Part shown: positions 1 to 7,865 of the stretch, piece by piece | Numbering within the stretch: the stretch's first letter is position 1 | How the letters are laid out: each line of letters opens with the position of its first letter | NCBI GenBank assembly: GCA_043806035.1 | Contig: JAZDHK010000013.1 | Span: 1 to 61,062 of the forward strand | Length of the DNA stretch: 61,062 nt | Origin: an archaeon | Lineage (GTDB): Archaea > Nanobdellota > Nanobdellia > Woesearchaeales > UBA9642 | Reading direction: 5' to 3' | Program-made: the position numbers and the translations under genes | The notes under the pieces: model-generated | Database searches by the model: none | What the model was told of the DNA's origin: nothing | What the model saw: the letters and a program-made list of their open reading frames with translations, nothing else

Positions 1-133
1 CATAGTCTCAAAGGCGCCGCTTTGCGGCGGCGCGCCGACTATGGTCTCTTCTTGATAATTCGAGAATTTAACAGCTGCGGCCTTTCAACTGCGGGTTTCG
101 CTGCTACTCAACCCGCGAGTATTCCCGGCCGCA
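1..133. repeat. cluster of GC-rich nested inverted repeats (REP/MITE-like hairpins)
   Basis: CATAGTC(1-7)/GACTATG(37-43) enclosing CGCCGC-TTT-GCGGCG; TGCGGCC(76-82)/GGCCGCA(127-133) enclosing GCGGGTT(91-97)/AACCCGC(110-116). Confidence 0.6.
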
Positions 134-235
134 CGATAAAATCATGAAAACAAAAGACTTGGTCGAGGACCGCTTCGCCCAAACGCACCGAACCAGAGCT
201 GCGGCGGACTTCGGGAAACAGCGAGAGCTTTATCG
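134..235 (+). repeat. ~100-bp dispersed repeat, copy 1
   Basis: 134-206 matches 2932-3004 at 66/73 nt; bounded by inverted CGATAAA...TTTATCG. Confidence 0.85.
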
Positions 236-269
236 ACGGTTGGAGTCTGGTTTATACTGCCACCTATAA
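144..269 (+). CDS. possible 41-aa peptide encoded by repeat copy 1 (MKTKDLVEDRFAQTHRTRAAADFG...)
   Basis: ATG..TAA; differences from copy 2 fall mostly at third codon positions; overlaps 3' end of 230..946. Confidence 0.3.
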   Translation: MKTKDLVEDRFAQTHRTRAAADFGKQRELYRRLESGLYCHL

Positions 270-946
270 TGTTTTACCCCGATAAGCTTGCCTAAACTAA
301 AATCAAAACGATTGCCTGCATCAGCATCACAGCAACCTTGCACGCCGCCTGCTCTCATGAGTACCAGAGTAGGCATACCATAAAAAGATCCGAAGTGAAT
401 AGGCATGCTCCTGTTACTCCCCGGGGAAATCGGATGTCGCTCATTCGTTTCCTTAAATACCGCCGTCGCATACTTCTTTAAGAGTTCAGGATCGCGAGCC
501 AAAGCATTCCAGAGAGGATTATCCAAAACCTCTTCGAGACTATGAAATTCGTGATTGCATCTTAGGAATTCGTTGTCGAACTCAACACCCGTCGTCTGTT
601 CGTATGCGAATTCTGGAAGAACTATCTGTCCTTCAAACACTTCACTTTTTGCATTGAGTTCACGAATCAGATACGCATCTCTCACCAGCTTTATTTTGTA
701 ATCTGGATGATATAGCATAGCATCACCCGTATAGATATCAGGTCTCCACCAAGAATCTCGAATCTCTTTCGGTGCCGAAAGCGCTTCAAGACGCACCCGC
801 ATCAATTCCGCGAACGAGATGGGATCGCAACTATCCTCTTTTAGCAGCGGCATCTGCGAAATTATTTTATCCGAATATGCCGTGTACGTTGCTCCCTTAT
901 GATTCAATCGAATATTGTTTGTCATCGTAATCACCTCATCACTCAA
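230..946 (-). CDS. hypothetical protein resembling DPANN DGR variable (AvpA-like, C-type lectin fold) proteins
   Basis: Recalled family-like motifs QMPLL, ELMRVRLE, TGDAxxYHPD, PLWNALARDxxLL and C-terminal ...GKLIGV; start uncertain (TTG 946 or ATG 925). Confidence 0.55.
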   Translation of the reverse strand: MSDEVITMTNNIRLNHKGATYTAYSDKIISQMPLLKEDSCDPISFAELMRVRLEALSAPKEIRDSWWRPDIYTGDAMLYHPDYKIKLVRDAYLIRELNAKSEVFEGQIVLPEFAYEQTTGVEFDNEFLRCNHEFHSLEEVLDNPLWNALARDPELLKKYATAVFKETNERHPISPGSNRSMPIHFGSFYGMPTLVLMRAGGVQGCCDADAGNRFDFSLGKLIGVKHYRWQYKPDSNRR

Positions 947-972
947 CAGTGGTGATAATTAACTATTAATAT

Positions 973-999
973 TTTTGCTGTAAATTATTTACGACAAAA
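973..999. promoter_or_regulatory. imperfect palindrome, candidate TrmB operator between divergent promoters
   Basis: TTTTG-CT-GTAAA-TTA-TTTAC-GA-CAAAA, just upstream of TATA-like TTTTATA of the TrmB gene. Confidence 0.45.
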
Positions 1000-1036
1000 G
1001 AAACATTTTTATAGGGTTACACATCAATACAAGTCA

Positions 1037-1774
1037 ATGGATATCGTCAATGCATTAAAGAAGTTCGGCCTTGCCGAGAAGGAGGCGAAAGTATATCTTG
1101 CTTCTCTCGGACTTGGCGATGCGATGGCGAACGATATAGCCCTCAAGAGCGACCTGCCAAGAACGCTCGTCTATGACATTCTCGAACGGCTCATCGATTT
1201 TGGCCTCATCTCATATTGCATCACGCAGAACAAAAAGCATTTCACGGCAGCGAATCCACAAGAACTACTTCGCATACTCAAGGATAAAGAAACTGCCGTC
1301 AGATCCGCACTCCCTCAACTCGATACGCTGTACAGCACAAAAGGCGTCAAACGCCCTAAGGTGCAGATTTACGAAGGAAATGAAGGCATGAAAAATGTCA
1401 TGGACGATATCCTCAGGTCTGGCGTGAAAATATTTCTTGCCTATGGGAGCTCACGGTCTTCTTTCGAGGTTATACCCGCATTCATGGAGGAATGGCATAA
1501 CGAGCGCATAAAAAAGAAAGTGATCATGCGCATTCTCTACAACAACACGAGAGAGGCAAGAGAGAAACTAAAAAGTAGGACAACATCTCTTGCGTATACC
1601 CAACATAAATTCATGCCCATTCAGCTTGAATCACCGACGGCAACACTCATTTACAGCAACAAGGTGGTACTGCAGTCTTGGACAAAAGAACCCTTTGCTG
1701 TAATGATAGAGAGTGAGGATATGGCTCGAAATCAGAAAGAATATTTTGAGGAGTTATGGAAGATTGCGAAGTGA
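1037..1774 (+). CDS. TrmB-family transcriptional regulator
   Basis: N-terminal wHTH (FGLAEKEAKVYLASL...RTLVYDIL..L) plus C-terminal PLD-like effector domain (YFEELW). Confidence 0.9.
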   Translation: MDIVNALKKFGLAEKEAKVYLASLGLGDAMANDIALKSDLPRTLVYDILERLIDFGLISYCITQNKKHFTAANPQELLRILKDKETAVRSALPQLDTLYSTKGVKRPKVQIYEGNEGMKNVMDDILRSGVKIFLAYGSSRSSFEVIPAFMEEWHNERIKKKVIMRILYNNTREAREKLKSRTTSLAYTQHKFMPIQLESPTATLIYSNKVVLQSWTKEPFAVMIESEDMARNQKEYFEELWKIAK

Positions 1775-1807
1775 AGAGCATCATTTAAATAATCCGTTGC
1801 ATCGTCG
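1774..1807 (+). repeat. post-stop motif AAGAGCATCATTTAAATA-N8-CAYCGTCG, copy after TrmB gene
   Basis: 18/18 identical to 2900-2917, same spacing to CAYCGTCG. Confidence 0.8.
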
Positions 1808-1821
1808 CTGAGCATCAACAC

Positions 1822-1859
1822 TTACCCTCTACAATAATTTTACGCAATGTAGAGGGTAA
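1822..1859. promoter_or_regulatory. perfect 12-bp inverted repeat abutting Fic gene promoter
   Basis: TTACCCTCTACA-N14-TGTAGAGGGTAA immediately before TTTATAAATA TATA box. Confidence 0.65.
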
Positions 1860-1891
1860 ACTTTATAAATAAGTGCCACGTCTAAGCAGGC

Positions 1892-2899
1892 ATGGTCTAC
1901 ATTTACCGCAAAACCATAGGAAATAAGGACTATTACTACCTTCGCGCCAGCGTGCGAAAGGGAAATAGAGTCATAGCTAAAGATATCAAGTTCATGGGTA
2001 GTGAAATATCTGCAATAAAAGATAACCTTAACTCAATCCCTAAGAAGTACAGTGAGGAGATCAAGAAGACGTACAGAACGATAAACCGCTTCCTGGAAGT
2101 AAACCTCTTCTTGGAGAAGGTCAAGCACTTGAAGCTGAGATTAGATGACTATCTGAGCAAGGAAGCTCTCCAGAATATCGAGGCGTGCAAGCTGCACTGG
2201 CATGAGAAATTCCTCAATCTCAACCCTCTAACGCAAGAGGAAGCGCTCAAGCAGTTCGTGATAGAATTCGCCTTCAACACGACAGGAATCGAGGGCAATA
2301 CGATAACGCTAAAGCAAGCCCAGAATCTACTGTTGGAACAACTGACGCCCAAGAACAAATCCCTGCGGGAAATCTATGATTTGCAGAATACCGAGAGAGT
2401 ATTCAACAGACTTTACCAGGAGAAGAATAAGGAACTCACCCACGACTTCATAACAGGCATTCACGACAGTCTTCTGGAAAACATCGACTCACGGAAAGGA
2501 TACAGGACAGAAGACGTACGAGTATTCAAAGCAAGCTTCAAAGCCTCACCACCACCTTACGTCAAGACGGACATGGACCTCCTGCTCAAGTGGTACTCAG
2601 AAAATAAGGAGACACTCCATCCGTTCGTCCTCGCCGTCATTTTCCACCACAAATTCGAGAAAATCCATCCGTTTATGGACGGCAACGGCAGAACAGGAAG
2701 AATGATAATGAACCATCTCCTTCTCAAGCACGACTATCCCCCTTTGATTATTCGGAAGAAAAACAGAACGGAGTACCTCGATAAGCTGCACAAAGCGGAC
2801 GAATGCGCTCTCACAAAAAACAGCCCAGAACACTACAATGCGTTACTAACCCTTACAGCTGATGAAATGACAAATACATATTGGATGGTTTTTTTGTAA
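1892..2899 (+). CDS. Fic-domain protein with N-terminal putative nucleic-acid-binding domain
   Basis: Canonical HPFMDGNGRTGR motif; inhibitory TTGIEGN motif; N-terminal YYYLRASVR..G..I..F/YxG segment. Confidence 0.92.
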   Translation: MVYIYRKTIGNKDYYYLRASVRKGNRVIAKDIKFMGSEISAIKDNLNSIPKKYSEEIKKTYRTINRFLEVNLFLEKVKHLKLRLDDYLSKEALQNIEACKLHWHEKFLNLNPLTQEEALKQFVIEFAFNTTGIEGNTITLKQAQNLLLEQLTPKNKSLREIYDLQNTERVFNRLYQEKNKELTHDFITGIHDSLLENIDSRKGYRTEDVRVFKASFKASPPPYVKTDMDLLLKWYSENKETLHPFVLAVIFHHKFEKIHPFMDGNGRTGRMIMNHLLLKHDYPPLIIRKKNRTEYLDKLHKADECALTKNSPEHYNALLTLTADEMTNTYWMVFL

Positions 2900-3028
2900 A
2901 AGAGCATCATTTAAATACTCAAAAACACCGTCGATAAAACTATGAAAACAAAAGAGTTGGTTGAGGACCGCTTCGCTCAAACGCACCGATGCAGAGCTGC
3001 GGCGTTAGAACTTGATTTCGGTTTATCG
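2900..3028 (+). repeat. full-length composite repeat (TATA-containing motif plus ~100-bp repeat copy 2)
   Basis: 2900-2933 matches 1774-1807; 2932-3004 matches 134-206; ends in TTTATCG (3022-3028). Confidence 0.85.
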
Positions 3029-3034
3029 GCTTAG
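2942..3034 (+). CDS. possible 30-aa peptide (MKTKELVEDRFAQTHRCRAAALELDFGLSA)
   Basis: ATG ~25 nt after TTTAAATA (leaderless geometry); paralogous to 144..269. Confidence 0.35.
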   Translation: MKTKELVEDRFAQTHRCRAAALELDFGLSA

Positions 3035-3077
3035 GGTGTTCGATTTTTGCGCATGTACCTCTTCGGCGATCTTATTT

Positions 3078-3977
3078 TTATTCTGTGTTTCTCAACATCG
3101 TGAACGCGCTCCAGGGTCTGGTGTTCCATATTTGTTCAATATTTCCTGGCCTTGATTCTATACAATCAAATCCTGTTGTTTTTGCTTCCTCTGCTTTTTC
3201 AGCCATCCTTTCTTCTGTAGATGCCGGATGTCTTTCAGCAGTTTCTCTTGTGTTTGGCAAGTAAATCGCAAGTCGTATTGCAAAATAGTTCGGGTCGAAA
3301 ATTTTCCTGATTTTTTTCAAATCAATCTCGTTGTCTTCCATCAGAACAAACGAGAGATTTACTTTTCTTCTTACCAGAGCAGGCATTGCACTCACCCATT
3401 CTTCGCCAAATTGGGATATTTCGATGAAGCTCATTAAAGCAGGATAATCGTGCATCATTCTTTTTCTTTTTCCTTCATCTGATGTATGCATTGACACATT
3501 AATCTGGAAAGAGTCATCGTACGTTGCAAGATACTGTTTCATCTTTTCTATTAGTCTTCGGGAGATTTCCGTATTTGGCATGACTGATGCCAATTGAAAA
3601 CTAGGATGATATGCTTCAGCAATACTTTCTAATCCGTCAAGAGTGTGCTCGTTCAGGAATGGTTCTCCTGCTCTTGTGAAACACACTTTGACTTCCTTTT
3701 TTTGATCGAACCATTCAACATTGTTCTCAATTGCTAATGCGCCGTCTACTTGTCGCAGGTATTCTTCAGGGGTGATGTTGCGAACGAATCTGCTTTCTCC
3801 TCCCTTGCAGAAATCACATCTAACGGGGCATCCTATTTGGCTACTTACGGAAATCATGGTCTTGTGGTACGCTGGACCACCAAATACTGCTGTTTCAACT
3901 AGTTGCCCATCTTGTGTTCTATAGACATTTATATGAACTCCATCAGGATAAAACTTCATCTGTGATTCTAATTTCAT
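3078..3977 (-). CDS. radical SAM protein, RlmN/Cfr-like but atypical
   Basis: SSQIGCPVRCDFC CxxxCxxC motif, GEP and SMH motifs; lacks C-terminal ACGQL cysteine. Confidence 0.8.
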   Translation of the reverse strand: MKLESQMKFYPDGVHINVYRTQDGQLVETAVFGGPAYHKTMISVSSQIGCPVRCDFCKGGESRFVRNITPEEYLRQVDGALAIENNVEWFDQKKEVKVCFTRAGEPFLNEHTLDGLESIAEAYHPSFQLASVMPNTEISRRLIEKMKQYLATYDDSFQINVSMHTSDEGKRKRMMHDYPALMSFIEISQFGEEWVSAMPALVRRKVNLSFVLMEDNEIDLKKIRKIFDPNYFAIRLAIYLPNTRETAERHPASTEERMAEKAEEAKTTGFDCIESRPGNIEQIWNTRPWSAFTMLRNTE

Positions 3978-4177
3978 ATTGAATTCACGCGCTCAGTGTT
4001 ACTGTTCATGAGTGATCATTAATAAATATTCCTATTAGACGAGAAATAGACTGGCACCCGTGCAAAGAATTAAAAAATACACGAAAGATCAGATAACTTA
4101 TTTTATTTACCTGCTCAGCTAAAGTTCATGACGATAACAGCAACATTTAAAAATGGTCTAGCAGTCCTTTCACGCAA

Positions 4178-4273
4178 GGGCTCTTAGCTCAGTTGGTAGA
4201 GCGGTCGGCTCTTACTGAACTAAATGTTCATGAAGTAACCGACAGGTCAAGGGTTCAAATCCCTTAGGGCCCG
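4178..4273 (+). tRNA. tRNA-Lys(CTT) with 23-nt intron at 37/38 (4215-4237)
   Basis: GGGCTCT/AGGGCCC acceptor, GTCGG/CCGAC anticodon stem, GGTTCAAATCC T arm; TATA at ~4146. Confidence 0.93.
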
Positions 4274-4277
4274 CATC

Positions 4278-4405
4278 GCTCCGTTAGTGTAGCGGCCAAT
4301 CATCCCGCCCTCTCAAAACTGACCTCAGTTTGCACGGAAGCGGGCTTGCAGCCCACTGAGTTTTATAGAAAGGCGGTGACCCGGGTTCGAATCCCGGACG
4401 GAGCA
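4278..4405 (+). tRNA. tRNA-Glu(CTC) with 55-nt intron at 37/38 (4316-4370)
   Basis: GCTCCGT/ACGGAGC acceptor, CCGCC/GGCGG anticodon stem, CCGGG-TTCGAAT-CCCGG T arm. Confidence 0.93.
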
Positions 4406-4462
4406 TGCACGGAGATGACGTCTTTCTCCAGGAATAATCTGTGAAAAATACAGGAGCACTAT

Positions 4463-4789
4463 ATGAAAAACTTCAACAAAAAACCAAAGTTCGGAACACG
4501 TGGCGGCTCAAGATTCAAGAGCAGTGGATTTCAACGGGATCGATTCGACAATCGCCTGCAGATGCATGAAGTGACGTGCGATGCGTGCAAGAGGCCATGC
4601 AAAGTCCCCTTTAAACCGAGAAACAACAAGCCCGTGTACTGCAATGACTGTTTTGGCAAGCAGGATAGGCAGTCGAAGAACGAGCAGCCCGATAGTAATC
4701 TGGCGGATCAGCTTGAAGAATTGCGTGAACAAGTAGAGGAGCTTAACGAGAAAATCGATAAGATCATGCGTTCGCTCAGCATCGATTAG
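4463..4789 (+). CDS. CxxC-x17-CxxC zinc-ribbon protein with C-terminal coiled coil
   Basis: CDAC..C.VPFKP....PVYCNDCF; basic Gly/Arg-rich N-terminus. Confidence 0.85.
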   Translation: MKNFNKKPKFGTRGGSRFKSSGFQRDRFDNRLQMHEVTCDACKRPCKVPFKPRNNKPVYCNDCFGKQDRQSKNEQPDSNLADQLEELREQVEELNEKIDKIMRSLSID

Positions 4790-4790
4790 G

Positions 4791-6254
4791 CTATTTTCTC
4801 TTTTTTATTATTGCGTGCTTGATGATGGGAACTTGTGAAGGATGCGGGATGAAGGTAGTGACTTCATCGGCAACATCCTCTGCAGTCCCCACCACTTCCT
4901 TTATTTTGTTCTCAGCAACATCGAGCACGTACAAGGTCTGGTCGAGCGTGTACTCGACGGGATGCATCACGGCAAGCTCGAGAAAGAGCTTGCTTTCGCG
5001 GATACGCTTGTTGATGCGGAGCTCCTTGACGATGGGCATGAGCAGGTACACGGAGAGGAAGCGCAGCATGAACGAGATGAACATGACCAGCAGGATGACT
5101 TTCACGTTAAGGAAGGGAGTGAGGTGGCTGACAAGATAACTCCCGAGCAGCCCACCAAGCAGGACACCGACGCCCAGAATAACATTAAAATATGCAGAAA
5201 AAACTGCCGTGTTCGTCTTGCCCGTGCTCTCCAGCACGTAATTGAACGTCGTAAGTTCCATGCCCGCCCAGCCAAAGCCCGAGATGAGTTCAGTAAACAC
5301 GATGAATACGAAGACGTAATTCGTGTGTGAAAAGAATTGGCCGGCGATGAACCAGCCGAACGGAACGAGGCTGATGAGGAATCCTGACACGAGCATGATG
5401 TTCCTCGTGCCGAATTTCACGCTGTTCCTCCCCCAATACGGCATGGACAACGACCTGAAGACGAGTGGGAGAATGACTATGAGCATGTACTGCACGTACG
5501 AGAAGTGCAGATCTCTGAGCATGAACACGGCAAAGAAAGGTCCTGCAACAGTAACGCTGAATGAGAACAGGCTCCTGAAGATCACGAATCTTCCGAATTT
5601 GTTTTTAGCGATCGTGCCCAAGAATTCTCTGAACGGGGTCACGGGCGCCTTGACCATCTCCGGCTCATCATGCTTCAGCAGATAAAACCAAGATACCAAT
5701 CTGCCGAGCAGCGCAATACCAAAAAGAATGCCAAAGCCCACCCATATGTTCATGCTGTCGAACGTGTTCAGGATGACGCCTGCCACGAAAATGGAAAGCA
5801 CCATCGCGATAATGGCGTACTTTCCTCTTTTGCTGAAATAGACTGCTCGTTCATGCGCACTGACGACCTGGCCCATCCACGACGTCCATGCCGGAAGGGT
5901 CATGTTGCTGAACACAAGATACACTGCAAAAAGCAGGGTGAGCAAAAGCATGTTCTTCGTGAGCAGCGGGAGGAAAAAGAGGGGCAAGAGCATACCTGCT
6001 TGCAAAAATACGAAGAGCGTGACGAGCTTCTTGCGTGTCCACTGTTGGGAAAGGCGCGCACCCAATAATTGGAAACAGCTGCCGATACAAGAGGGAACAG
6101 AACCGAGCAGGGCAATCTCTGAAGGGAGTGCTCCCAGTCTGAGCGCAAAAGGAGTTATGTACTGTTCCCCAAATCCGTAAAGCACGTTATTTGCGCAGCC
6201 ATCGACGATACTGTACTTTTTTGTGCGTTCCTGCTGCGCTTTGGTCAAGGACAT
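4791..6254 (-). CDS. MFS transporter
   Basis: ~12 hydrophobic helices, WTSWMG and SxPYWG motifs; start moved to ATG 6254 because the longer ORF overlaps a tRNA. Confidence 0.85.
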   Translation of the reverse strand: MSLTKAQQERTKKYSIVDGCANNVLYGFGEQYITPFALRLGALPSEIALLGSVPSCIGSCFQLLGARLSQQWTRKKLVTLFVFLQAGMLLPLFFLPLLTKNMLLLTLLFAVYLVFSNMTLPAWTSWMGQVVSAHERAVYFSKRGKYAIIAMVLSIFVAGVILNTFDSMNIWVGFGILFGIALLGRLVSWFYLLKHDEPEMVKAPVTPFREFLGTIAKNKFGRFVIFRSLFSFSVTVAGPFFAVFMLRDLHFSYVQYMLIVILPLVFRSLSMPYWGRNSVKFGTRNIMLVSGFLISLVPFGWFIAGQFFSHTNYVFVFIVFTELISGFGWAGMELTTFNYVLESTGKTNTAVFSAYFNVILGVGVLLGGLLGSYLVSHLTPFLNVKVILLVMFISFMLRFLSVYLLMPIVKELRINKRIRESKLFLELAVMHPVEYTLDQTLYVLDVAENKIKEVVGTAEDVADEVTTFIPHPSQVPIIKHAIIKKRK

Positions 6255-6323
6255 GCTGCCTAAGAAAATTTCATGTTTTATTAACGTTATGTTTTTAAAG
6301 AGAAGATAATTCTGTGCACCGCT

Positions 6324-6407
6324 GCCGCGGTCGCATAATCTGGTATTGCGCAGAGCTCGAACCTCTGTGCCTGAAAGGGCTTCTCGGTTCAAATCCGAGC
6401 CGCGGCG
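6324..6407 (+). tRNA. tRNA-Ser(CGA)
   Basis: GCCGCGG/CCGCGGC acceptor, CAGAG-CTCGAAC-CTCTG anticodon arm, long variable arm, CTCGG-TTCAAAT-CCGAG. Confidence 0.93.
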
Positions 6408-6482
6408 TAGTAAGAGAGAATACACATAGTTCGGTTTAATAAAAACTCACACATTTATAAACATGAACTTCTCGTATCAATT

Positions 6483-7142
6483 GTGGAACATTTCCCTTTA
6501 GTCGATCGGCTACATACGGATGTGCTTGAAGAAAAATACGGGCCAATCCATGCTGTTGTTCTGGTGCATAATGAAAAAATGCGACTGGCGCACCTTGCTG
6601 ATGTGAAGGACGTATCAAGAACCTTTGCTATAACGTTCTTCTCTGCCAGTTGGACATCCGATGTTCGTCGCATCGACAAAGACATACGCAAAGGAACACC
6701 TATTGGAAAAGCATTCCGGAAAAAAGAGTACGCCATCAGAAAGAATGTCCTTGAAGTCTATACCCTGCAAATACCTCCCTGGTTGAAAACAGCATTTGAC
6801 ACGCGAGCAATGCGAGCAAAAGCACGATTGTCAGAATTCTATGCAAAGAAGAGAGGCCAGCCTCCCGTCATGTATGGTGTTGTCATTGAAATATACTCTC
6901 CTGATTTCAGAACAGCAACCATTAACAAGGTGGATCGAGCTCAGGAGAGTGCACTGACTCAGGAATTAGAAAAACAAGGATTTACCAAAGAAGAAATCTG
7001 GAGAAGAATAGGCAGAGAAAATGACTATGAAGACCAAAAAAAAGCATTTGCCGTAGCAAAAAAGGAATCAATCACTGCGAAAGCGAAGTTTAAACGAAAG
7101 ATTGCTGCTCTGCTGAAACGTCAAAACGAAGCACACCCATGA
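6483..7142 (+). CDS. hypothetical protein, possible chorismate-lyase/UTRA-like fold
   Basis: PIGKAF and VIEIYSP motifs resemble UbiC/DUF98-like proteins; GTG start 25 nt after TTTATAAA. Confidence 0.45.
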   Translation: MEHFPLVDRLHTDVLEEKYGPIHAVVLVHNEKMRLAHLADVKDVSRTFAITFFSASWTSDVRRIDKDIRKGTPIGKAFRKKEYAIRKNVLEVYTLQIPPWLKTAFDTRAMRAKARLSEFYAKKRGQPPVMYGVVIEIYSPDFRTATINKVDRAQESALTQELEKQGFTKEEIWRRIGRENDYEDQKKAFAVAKKESITAKAKFKRKIAALLKRQNEAHP

Positions 7143-7747
7143 ACACCCATCTTAACGAACCCAAACTGCGCAAGTTGCTTTCGGCACAACACCTGCTTAC
7201 GCCGCTCGTCGAAAAGGCATTGCAGCAGGCAAAGAGAAGCCACGAGCACCACAAACGAGATAGTGGCGCATCCTATCTCGAAGAGCACATCTATCCTGTT
7301 ACGAGCAGCGTCCTTGAGCACTATACGGGAGAACACAAAGACAAAGTCGTCGCCACTGCATTACTGCACGATGTTCTCGAGGACGATCCGCATTTGGACA
7401 GGGAACAATTTGCGAAAGACTTCGCACCAGTCATATCTTGGGTGGAAGCGCTGACCAAACCAGCATGGAAGGATGCGCAAGGGACGACGATGGAAGAGAA
7501 GAAGCACGTCGCATTCAGTGCATATCTTAAGCAGCTCAACGCTGCACCGCAGGAAGTGAAGCTCATCAAATGCCTTGACCTCCTGAATAACATCACGCAC
7601 ATGACCCTGGCAACACCTGCACGACGGGCATCGCTGCTCAGGAAATTCGACGTTGCCTATCTGGAGTTCATCAAGACATCCTGCCCGTTTCTGTATGAAC
7701 GCATCAAAGAGAAGCACACTATCGCAAAAACACTAAAAATTGAATAA
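7139..7747 (+). CDS. HD-domain hydrolase (RelA/SpoT-type, small alarmone hydrolase-like)
   Basis: H...KRDSG.SY..H, ALLHDVLED, VEALTK, IKxxDxxxN motifs. Confidence 0.8.
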   Translation: MNTHLNEPKLRKLLSAQHLLTPLVEKALQQAKRSHEHHKRDSGASYLEEHIYPVTSSVLEHYTGEHKDKVVATALLHDVLEDDPHLDREQFAKDFAPVISWVEALTKPAWKDAQGTTMEEKKHVAFSAYLKQLNAAPQEVKLIKCLDLLNNITHMTLATPARRASLLRKFDVAYLEFIKTSCPFLYERIKEKHTIAKTLKIE

Positions 7748-7865
7748 TATTCAAAAATAAAGGTTATTTCTTAATAGAATTCAAATAAACTTCAATAACA
7801 TATAAGAAGTCACGCGTCCTCCTCCCCATTGCAGCACAGACTGCGGAGGAAGAACATGGACTCGT

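Noticed and set aside
4115-4237. CTAAA(T)GTTCATGA similarity between upstream DNA and the tRNA-Lys intron
   Set aside because: Short, AT-rich and gapped; compatible with chance
4178-6407. tRNA-integrated element with att duplication
   Set aside because: No duplicated tRNA 3' end or integrase seen in the window
6255-6425. 57-aa N-terminal extension of the MFS ORF
   Set aside because: Overlaps tRNA-Ser on the opposite strand; true start is ATG 6254
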